Assembly (NCBI GenBank): GCA_964247055.1
Contig: OZ176050.1
Location: forward strand, 6,076,001-6,140,000
Origin: Paragordius varius
Lineage: Eukaryota; Animalia; Nematomorpha
DNA: 64,000 nt
Direction of reading: 5' to 3'
The notes beneath the pieces are model-generated. The model was given only the letters and a program-made list of their open reading frames with translations. It made no database searches and had not been told where the DNA came from. Shown one piece after another: positions 53,810 through 64,000 of this stretch (within the stretch, counting starts at the first letter, position 1; every line of letters begins with the position of its first letter). Both the position numbers and the translations under genes were made by a program.

Positions 53810-54960
53810 AGACAGAGATAACGCTTTAGTTAGTGATACTAATTTTATAATATAATACTTTTTATTATAAGGTTATAGTTGATTTTCTGTTTATTTTCTC
53901 TTGTTTTTGAAAAATTTAAAAACCTGTAATATCTCAAAATTTCGATTAAGAGGTCAAAATTCTTATCAGATTCGGTTTAGAATACTGAAATCAGTCAAAA
54001 TACAAAAATTTGAGTGTGGTGCTCGAAAAAGTCCAAATTTGTCGACTAGTGTAATTAACTTTAAAAAGTAAAGTTACATTTTACCAGCAAAAACTTGACA
54101 TTGATTTTAAAATCAGCTGTTGGCTTCAATCGTTTGAGCTCTGAAATTTAAAACTACCCCAAGATGTAAATTAGGACAAAAAAGTGAAAAGGTCATGAAG
54201 TGCTAAATAAATAATTTACTTTTAGATAATAATAAAAAAAACACTGATATTTTGCGAAAATGTTGTAAAAAAAAGTTTTATACGGAACTTTTTTTTTAAA
54301 ACTAAATGTTATTTAGATGTTTTGGCTAATATAGGCATAAATTTAAATTGACATCGTTTCTTTCTGTAGTTTTTTAAATATATCAACTTTATTATTGTCT
54401 TGAGTATTTAGATATTTGAATCGAAGTGTTCACAAAACTGTGAAAAATATAATGATTTCTAATACAGCAGAAGAATATTAGATCATTAATTTTTAACTAC
54501 AATAACTTTCAAAACGGTGGTTAATTTAGAAGATTAAGCTCTGGGATATAAAACTATTCTAATAAGTTATCGCGGACAAAAAAGGAAAAAGTTTATGAAG
54601 TGTTATATTATTCTTCTATCCTTATTAAAATTATATAAGTGAGGCAATTTATTTTATAGTTTTTTAAAAAAGCTCCATGTCAAACTGCTTCAACGCCAAT
54701 TTTATTTGTATCGCATTTTTTCTAACGTTAAAAATTATAGAATAATTAGAGAAAGTCGGCTGTTTTGCAACTCTATATTTAGAGAATGCACACATGTCAA
54801 GTTGGCTAAATTTTTACCAAGTTTATTCATAACTACCATTATAAATATATTTTATGTTTTAGTGCATCAAAGTTATAAGTAAAAACTTTTGCAAAGGTTT
54901 TAATTTGTTGATAGACAAGTCTGGGTCATAAACGACCCCAATCTGAATCAAAGGAGTTAA

Positions 54961-55734
54961 ATGAAATTGTATTTATATGAATGCATGAATAATTTGGGTG
55001 AATTAAGAAAATTTAATCGTCTTGTATTGATGATCGAAAATAATGACATGAAAACGCTTTCCAAAACTTTAAAAGGTGGATTTTTAATAGACACCCAAGA
55101 TTCATATGGATGGACGCTTTTGGCACATTCGATAGCCAAAAGTAATTTAATTATTGCCAAATTTCTTTTGGAACAAGGGGCAAATATTAATATAAAGTTC
55201 CACGGGCGTCCTATCATTCCCGATCTAATCAATAAATTTAACATAGATATTAGTCAGTTGTATGAACCAACTCCACAAATTAAAAGTATAAATCATGAAC
55301 TTCTCTTTAAAAAAGTTGATAATATTGACACAAACGATTTTTGCGCCGTTTGCCAACGAAAAACGAAAAATCACACCCATAATGGATCAATTGTTCATTT
55401 GCTAAATCTCAAAAAGTTTGATAAAATGCATCCTTCATATCACATTGATCATTCAAACAAAGGCTTCCAAATGCTTTTACGAAAGGGTTGGAACCCAGAT
55501 TTGGGTTTAGGCAAAAATAATCAAGGTCCATTATATCCCGTAACTCCCAACATGAAACCTGATAAAAAAGGCTTAGGATTCAATAACAACAAACGTAAAA
55601 GTAACAACACATTAACTAAAACCAAAACGAAAACAAGTCGTTTTCAAAACGATTCCACACCTTCTTGCACAGATCTTCAAGATGACAACAAGCTTAAAGA
55701 AAAATATTATAGGCAACTTTTACGCGATTTGTAA
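54961..55734 (+). CDS. GPANK1: G patch domain and ankyrin repeat-containing protein 1, single exon, up to 257 aa (true start may be a downstream Met)
   Basis: Ankyrin segment DTQDSYGWTLL...FLLEQGANIN, zinc-knuckle-like FCAVCQ...H...SIVHL, and G-patch SNKGFQMLLRKGWNPDLGLGKNNQG...P...KPDKKGLGF, in GPANK1 order. Confidence 0.92.
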   Translation: MKLYLYECMNNLGELRKFNRLVLMIENNDMKTLSKTLKGGFLIDTQDSYGWTLLAHSIAKSNLIIAKFLLEQGANINIKFHGRPIIPDLINKFNIDISQLYEPTPQIKSINHELLFKKVDNIDTNDFCAVCQRKTKNHTHNGSIVHLLNLKKFDKMHPSYHIDHSNKGFQMLLRKGWNPDLGLGKNNQGPLYPVTPNMKPDKKGLGFNNNKRKSNNTLTKTKTKTSRFQNDSTPSCTDLQDDNKLKEKYYRQLLRDL

Positions 55735-56401
55735 ATATATATATCGATTTATTTGAATAACTTGTAATTTGGTATTATATAATCATTATTATATTATAGA
55801 TTAAATAAATTTATATGTTATTACAAAATACTAAAATAGATTAATGATGGTAGTTTATATTTGTGTGATAGATTGATTGTAAAGATGGGCATTTTTTAAG
55901 GTTTGACATTGAATGCATTGAAGCAGTAGTTATATGTGAGATTTGCTAATTGCTTGGTTATGATCACATTTAACAAATAACGTAATATTACATGCAATAA
56001 AATTTGTAATTTAATCGCGAAGAGTATTTTAATTATTTAGTTATATATATATATTGAAAAATATGGTTTATAAATCAATTTGGTGGTGGCAATATAAAAT
56101 AACATGTAGATATGAATCACGGCCTACATTTTTTGTGTTATATTGAATTTTCCCAAATTTCTTAGCCTAAAAATATAAAAAAATATTTTAGTAATATAGG
56201 AACGTTTTTTAAACCTTCATTTTTGTTAAATAAAATGTATCGTTTTAAGCAAAATGAGGAGTAAGATGTAAATGTAACTCAATAATATGTTTTACAAAAA
56301 AAAATAAGGTTGAGAAAAGTAGGGCTGTCCTTTTTAAAAATATTTTCACTCTTTCAATTTTTACGTTTGACTATGTAATTTTTACTGTAATCTTATATTG
56401 T

Positions 56402-59400
56402 TTAGTCGTTATAAATGAGTGATGTTCGGCGAGATCCACATCCTTTCTCAGCGTCTGGGGGTACAGTTCCATCGCTCGGTGCGATATTGCTATCATTAAT
56501 CATAGTGTCATATATGTCAGCCGCACTATCGAGACCGGTTGTAGCGGATATTGTGTTTTCCGCCGATGTGGTCATCACACTCTTCCCAAAACCTAACAGT
56601 TTAAAAATTAATTTATTACGGGTGGTACCTTTTACTACAGTTGTTTTCACGAAATGAACTTTTGAATATAAACAGTGCTTATGAACTAATGAGCCTATCC
56701 TGATGAAATGTATTTTAGAGTTATAATAATTGTTTAAAGTGAAGTAAATCTTCCCACAATACACTTGTTTGAGTGCAATTTAAATCACTTAAAAACGGAA
56801 AATGAATTGAAATTTATTTAAAAAATTAATTATAATTTTTCTCAAAGTGTTATATTTATGATTGTCTAACAATTGAGTTTATTTCAATATAACGATTCAC
56901 ATTTTAAATTATTTGCCTGTAAACTCATTCATATTATGTATTTATCATTAGTTCAAATTTTACACTAAAAATAAAATGTATATCCTGGTGATTTAGATTA
57001 AACATTTGCTTTTGTCCAAAAATAAGTGTTTATTGTGGATAAGCTTGTATGTCCAGGATTTCTTCATAACAAATTCGAAATGTTTTAGGTTAAAATGTGG
57101 AAAAAGTGTCAGAGGAAATAACTGAAAAAGACCAATGTATGTGATGAAACAATAGTTTTTATCATTAAATAATACCTAAAAAAATAAATATTACTTTGAA
57201 TATATAGATAAAATTCAAGTAGGGTAAATTTAATACTTGAATCTTTATTAGTGGGAGTTGGATTACCCGTTGCCGATGAACCTATATTGGAAGATTCAAT
57301 TTTTGAGCCGATATTTTCTCGCTGAGCGACCCCTTGAGTTTTTACCGTTCCAGATGGCATTTCCCCTATAAAATTATGGGTCTGGTTATTTAATTACAAT
57401 TAATATGATTATTAGATCATATATTCCTTTTTATTTTCAGAAGCGGAAATATTATTAAATTACTAAACCAACATAATGCTATTGAAATTATTTTAATAAC
57501 CTGAAAATCGTCGATCAACATTGGAATTCGCATTTCTATTTGAGGTTACATTCAATTTTTCATCTAAAAAAGGTTTGGATATTAATTTAAAAATAAAAGT
57601 ATTGAGCATAAGCTTTTTGCCCAGGCATGTATGCTATATGTTAATGCACAAATAATATTTATTCTGAATCAAAAGTTTTCAACTAAAATGATTTCAGACC
57701 GCATTTTTGACGCAAAAATACGGTAGCCGCATTAGAAATATATATATTGGCATCATTAATTAATAAATCTTATTTAAATATGCAAACACGATATATCAAT
57801 TTCTAATTCTTGCCAATTAAAAAGACTTATTTAAAAAAAAATTACAACAATTTTATTAAAATTATGAAAGCATATTTTTATAAATTATGGATTTCCAAAT
57901 TTTTCACGGGCTGTACATAAAGGAAAGCCGCATATTAAACACCCCTGTTCTAAAGTATGTATCGCCCAAAATGTATATGAAATAAAAATTTATTTAATAA
58001 ATATTATAGATATAGTATATTTAATATATGCTTAATTGTAAAAACATAATTTTGTGTACATATAGGTAGAGTGAAACTTAAGGTTGCTACTTAATTGTAT
58101 TATTTTAAAATAACTGGGGGTCAGCCTTTTTTGAACATATGGGGCTATAACTAAAATTTTTAATAAATCTGATCGAATTTAAAATTTAAAACAGTTTCAC
58201 ATATGAAAAATGTCAATTTTCCACGTTTTAATTTATATTAGAAATAACAAAAGCTTTAAAATGTGTACCACGCATTAAAAAGCATATATAAATTAATCTG
58301 CCTATCATAAATAAAATTAATAATTAGATCAAACTGAAACAACAAAAATAATAGTCAAAATTTATTAACAATTATAAAAAAAAACCTTTCTTTGGATACA
58401 AATAATGGTGATGATGATGATTGTTAGGATCATCATTTTCCAATCCATAAGCTATGATTTTCCGATATTTTTTATTAGCCATCGCTTCTAATTCACGTAC
58501 GGCATCGGGATCTTTTCGTTCCAGTGCCGCAGCCTAGACCATTAAAGAAAATATGAAAATAAGGTAAAAAAAAATCAAAAATTTCGTCCTGAAATGATAT
58601 AAAAACATATGGGCAAAATGAAATAATTATATATTATTTTGCCGGCATATGTTTTAATTTTAAAAATTGCTATATATTTGGAGACAAATATAGACATTTT
58701 TGTGCATTTTATAATTTACGATATGTATCGGCTTCAAGACCAAAACTTTTTTATACAGTATATTGAGAAAGCGTGATGATCTTAGACTCAATACACTATG
58801 CCTGTAATTCAGTTGCCTAGGTGATATATTTTTACGTCAGCCCTAAGGTAACGAGTGTTAAAGTTTTCATAGGTTTAATACACAAGCCCTACCTTTTATT
58901 TAAAAGGTTGAATACAGAGACATTTACTTTGATAGTATAGTAAAATGCGCAAGTCTATCAAATCTTAGTCTTGTATAATGTAATTGCAAATTAGTGTTAT
59001 ATGGATTTAACATAACCTGTTCAAGCATAAAACGACGTTTTTGCTGACAAATGTCGCAAGAACTGCGTCTGCTGCTACTGCTATTGGATGAAATATCGGA
59101 ACTTTTTGTGTCCTCCTCTTCGCTAATATCTTCATCGTGGAAATGATGGAATCTCGCTGATTTGGGTGGGTGTGCAGTGGGAAAGCTTACAGTTGCCCTG
59201 TACACATGTTAATGATTGGTTAATGTAAAAATAACATTGTAAAGGATTTTATAAACAGATGTTATAATAAGAGTGTTGTGTTTCTTAAAGTAAAATCTGT
59301 CCGAAATCTAATGCTTGGATACATTATGGAATAACAGAGTTTATGCGTTTAATTAAAGGCGTGCCATTTTTATATAAAAAAACAGTTATCAGTTAAAAAA

Positions 59401-62400
59401 TGTAGGCTAAGTACATGTTGCCTTTTAAACAAAGTGTCTTATTGAAGAGATATCTATCCTTAAATAAAAATCGTTGTCTTTGAATAACTGTTGTCATTGA
59501 ATCAATAAAAAAGTAAAAAATATATAAGCTACCTTCTCAAATTGGGTGAAATATCCCCGTTTGCTGATGCATTCGTAACTCCAGATTTGCTAACTGGCGT
59601 ATTTGTCGGAATAATATGGAGTTCATGGTGATCCTGATGTTCTGTCGTCAACTCATGGGGCATCTAACAATATTGCAAATGAAATATTTTAAAAGACGCT
59701 TTAAAATAAGTTATATTGATGTTAAAATAATTTTTAGCGAACACAAACTGACACAAAATAAAAAATTCAACCATGGTTATGGAGAAATGTGTAGCAAGCG
59801 CTAAAATATATTATTAATTACGAAAGTCAAAATTTATTCAAAAAAATTTGCACAAAAGGTGGTGTCGTTTTATAGACTTTTATCAAATATCATAAAAAAA
59901 TCATATTTCATATTATATACAAGCATATCAGGTGCACGAAACATATAATAGAGTGGATAATAAATGAGATTGATTGGTGTGGCCGCATAAAGATCAGCAT
60001 AGCGCATAACTTGACTGGCAAAAAATGTTTGCCGAGAACCTTTAAAACATATGTAAGTATGTAACATAAAATCAAAGTTTAAAATTCAACCCTTTAACAT
60101 ATTACTATTTGTGAAAATATTCTAATTGTCAAATGTAGATATTTTTTGTTAACTGCATTCTAAGAACATATGTCATGAATTATGATTATAAATCTGAAAA
60201 GTAATATCTCTTTAAAAATACAAAAGAAGACGTATGAATCATAAACATCTAACAACTAAAACGTATCTCACTATTATTTATCTATTATTCAATTGATCCC
60301 AGTCGTGATTTCGTTAAGAACAAATTAACCGATTTTATTCCAAATAATTCATGTAGTATGTCTTTTTTTTAAAATAACAACATTTAAATGTAAAATAAGC
60401 GATTATAATTACCACTGCGAAATAGACTTCCCAATATACCATATGCCATATCCATCTCATGTATAGTGTCCTATATCGTGATATATCATAATATAAAAAG
60501 GTATATTCTTTAATAATTTTGGTACTGTACCAATGTTATATCAAATGTTAAATTTAAAGGTCATATTTTTAAAAATTAGCTTTAAAACAATTAATTGTCA
60601 AAACATTTACACGCAGTTCCGGTTATTTTGGTAGTCACAAAATATTTCATAATTATTAAATTATATTAATATGCATCTCTCTTTGCATTTGTTGAAAATC
60701 TCTTATCGGCTTCTTGAACTAACCATTGCCATAATTAGCATTAAAGTTTGAAAATTTTACATTAAAAACCAAACATTTAAAATTAATAGAGTTGATTGGA
60801 AAGTTATTATAATTAAAAAATGTATATCAATTAAACAAACTTGTATCTTCCGTTGCATATTACGTATGTCTGGCCTTTCATGCGAACGTATATCCATATT
60901 TCTAAAATAATTAAAATTGTAAATTTGATAAATTTTAAATTATTCAAGATATGGTTTAAAAACGGCTTTTATAATTAAATTTCTAACCATGATAAAAATA
61001 AAGTATCATTTTACATTTAAAATCCTTATATTATTTAAGCCTGAATAAGTATAAATTTAATTTTGATGATAGCTTTTGATTTTTTATATGTATTTGTAAA
61101 ATAAGTAGGATGCAAAATTAATCCAGCATAATATCGTTTTTCACACATTTTAAAACGAAAAAAAACCAATTTTACTTAAATATTCCGGCGAGTTGTGAGA
61201 TGACAAAGTTAAGTTTGTCAAAAAGATCAGCTCTTTGCGTCCAAACAGCCAATTCTTTAGTTAGTTCTGGAACAACTAAAAATGTTTTCCAACCACAATT
61301 CTTTTTGGACTTGAGGATATCACCAAAAATATGATCTCCGACATACAAAATTTCTTTGCCTTTAACGCCCATGAGTTGTGATACCGTTTCTACCGACCCT
61401 AGAATATGCGCGTAAAAATTAATGTCATATTCTAATAACAACATACATAAATCCTAAAAATAACATTCTCTGATAATGAGTAAGTTTTTATAAAATATAT
61501 AGCGCCGATAGAAGTTAATTACACCTTCCCATAAACTAAAATTGTATGTTTTTACCCTTATCGTGAGCCAAAAAAATAAAAATATTAAATCATTATATAT
61601 TATATTTTTAAAATATCCGCAGAATATTATCAAATGATATTATTATTATTTAAAAAAAAACTGAACAAAAATAAAAAAATGATTAAATTTTTTTTTAAAT
61701 TATAAGAAAGGATATGTTTTTTTCGCACAATCGAGGTCAATATATGTGCGTAGGGATTATATATATATATATATGCCCTTCAAATTTTTATAGAGAAATA
61801 AAATACTAACTAACCTCCCGAATAAATGTAGCCTTTGCGCAATGGACCAACGTGAGTCCCGATTTTCAAAATACCCGTGTTCTATAAAGAAATTGAAAAA
61901 AAATTGATTGTACTTAATATAAAAGATCCGTATTTGAAACGAAACATATCTATTTACTTGGAGGATAAAAATAATAACATTGAAAATCATAAACTATACA
62001 TGGTAAAATTCCAAAAAATTGATACATAATAATAAGAAAAGGGGAGATGACAAAAAATAAAATCATTCATAAAATTTAAATAATTTATATTTTAACCTCG
62101 TCAACTTGTCTAAGAATGGTTCCACCCTTGAAAAAAACAGGCTTCTTAGCATCCACAAAAATGTAATCAAAATAAGTTTTCCAATTTCTGCGTTGTGCGG
62201 TCGGTGAATTTGTGCGACTTCCTTTTTTGTTGTCAGATTCTTCAAATTTCTTTAGTAAATTATATATTCTTGAATTTTACGCTTTTATTTAATTTTTTAT
62301 TCATTATTACTATAGTTACCAAAATCAATCAACTTGTTAAAAAATAAAAATAATTCTTACGTAAACTTTGTGCTGGAGCATGAAAATATATGCAAAATAG

Positions 62401-62615
62401 AATGATAAATAAAAGAATTTTAAAAAAATAAAATAGTTACCGTGGTAGGTACGTCAAACAAATAGGTCATAAGTTTCTAAAAATATCAAATAATAATTTT
62501 TTAATCCACAATAATCGATATAATAAAATGATTTTATTGTAGGATATTAATTACCTCAGTATATTCATAACCACTGTTTGTGAGCAAAAAGACTTTAGCA
62601 CCACCTTGTTTCAAT
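56402..62615 (-). CDS. NT5C2: Cytosolic purine 5'-nucleotidase (cN-II), 3' part; 5' exons lie beyond the window. Exons about 62615-62555, 62476-62441, (62372-62361), 62249-62097, 61881-61815, 61399-61177, 60901-60841, 60470-60413, 60040-59922, 59663-59533, 59198-59018, 58533-58386, 57365-57236, 56592-56402
   Basis: Motifs [89 protein letters not shown] and HDED acidic tract. The last three exons are joined on phase and splice-site grounds only. Confidence 0.93.
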
Positions 62616-63289
62616 CTATTTTAAAAATGAAAATTATTATGGAGAATCAAATTTGTTTTAGTGAAAACATGAGAACTCCCACAATATTTATTAAAAATTA
62701 TATGAATACAGATAATAATATTTATTAAGGTAAAATTTTTTTTGTGCTAAAGTTAGCGCATAATTATTATTTTATCCCCTATAAATGGCTAAATATAAGT
62801 AATGAATTTGATATATCTTGATAATACAGTATGCATTTTAATGTATGTTAAGTAATTTTATTGCCTGCCAAATAACATAAATGGTTTATCAAATGCGTAA
62901 AATACTGACCCACAAAATTATTTCGTAGTACACATATGAAAGAGGATTGACGTGAGAATTAACATAGGCTTTAATTTGATGGATATTTTGTAATGTTAAA
63001 TTTTGAGAATATTAGAGCAATTTATGTTAACATTTGTAATATTGTTGTTACGTATTTAGATGCGGAATTTTGTGGGTTTTTATCTTTGATAAATTAATAA
63101 ATAGTAAAATACGTATTTTAAGATTTTTTATGTTAATTATTCCTAAATTTAATAATACATATTTTTCAACATGCTAAATACCTGTATTAATTAATATTGG
63201 TATTATAATTTTATTTAGTTGTTATTACTAATAAAAAAAACAGGTAAATATATATTTGTGAAAATTTAAGTAGATTTTAGATTTTTGTC

Positions 63290-64000
63290 TTTTATGTTTT
63301 GCCTTGTTAATTATTAATAATTTTTAAGTATTTCAGACATTTTAATCAGGTAAAATTGCGGTTTTTAACAAATTTAGTAACAATTTAGTTTTTTTTTAGT
63401 TTTTTATGTTTTGCATTGTTAATTGTATTAACTACTACATATTTTGGACATTTTAATAATTACAGGTAAAAATTGCGGTTACAAATTTAGAAAAAATTTT
63501 GTTTTTTTTGTTTTTTTAGGTTTTGCATTGAATTGTATTAACTACTACATATTTTGGACATTTTAATAATAACAGGTAAAAATTGCGGTTTTTAACAAAT
63601 TCAGCAAAAATTTATTTTTTGTTTTTTTAGATTTTGCATTGTTAATTGTATTAACTACTACATATTTTGGACATTTTAATAATTACAGGTAAAAAGTGCG
63701 GTTAACAAATTCAGTAAAAATTTAATTTTTTTTTTGTTTTTTTAGGTTTTGCATTGTTAATTGTATTAACTACTACATATTTTGGACATTTTAATAATAA
63801 CAGGTAAAAATTGCGGTTTTTAACAAATTCAGTAAAAATTTAGTTTTTTTTGTTTTTTTAGGTTTTGCATTGTCAATTGTAATTAACTACTACATATTTT
63901 GGACATTTTAATTAATAAAGGTAAAAAATGAGGTTGTTTTTTATATTTAGTAAAAATTTAATATTTTCTTGTTTTTTTATTTAATATTGTTAATTGTAAT
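63290..64000. repeat. Tandem satellite, about 110-118 bp unit, at least 5 copies, within an NT5C2 intron; runs off the window end
   Basis: TTTGGACATTTTAATAAT(T/A)ACAGGTAAAAATTGCGGTT recurs at about 63443, 63553, 63666, 63781 and 63898. Confidence 0.92.

Larger units (their letters stand above)
47019..56849. repeat. Tandem segmental duplication, copy 2 (9,831 bp)
   Basis: Collinear with 36203-47018. It lacks about 980 bp present at 42260-43238, and intronic and intergenic parts carry many small indels. Confidence 0.97.

Noticed and set aside
56593-56764. 5' half of ORF 56402-56764 as coding
   Set aside because: The homologous part of copy 1 has stops and indels while the sequence past the acceptor at 56593 is conserved, so the exon starts at 56592.

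Overview
This is very AT-rich eukaryotic DNA, metazoan by gene content, with spliceosomal GT-AG introns and the standard genetic code. The species cannot be named from sequence alone. There are no prokaryotic features, CRISPR arrays, rRNA or tRNA genes. Genes, assembled by hand exon by exon: an Asn-rich orphan ORF (933-1847 +); NDUFA10 (7192-2230 -, 7 exons); DENND4/Crag (7276-23123 +, about 43 exons), head-to-head with NDUFA10 with only 83 bp between start codons; a PCTAIRE kinase (CDK16/17/18 family, from 32366 +); GPANK1; and the 3' part of NT5C2 (-). Positions 23.1-32.3 kb are intergenic and packed with non-autonomous elements (Helitron-like, foldback, piggyBac-like, hAT). Positions 36203-56849 are a tandem duplication of about 10 kb. 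It gives the kinase a second intact 3' half, gives NT5C2 a second intact last exon, and leaves one frameshifted and one intact GPANK1. The most unusual signals are (1) 23-26 nt introns that are the first coding intron of three genes, while almost all other introns are 63 nt or longer, (2) synonymous-biased conservation of the 'orphan' duplicated exons, and (3) a 12-nt microexon candidate in NT5C2.
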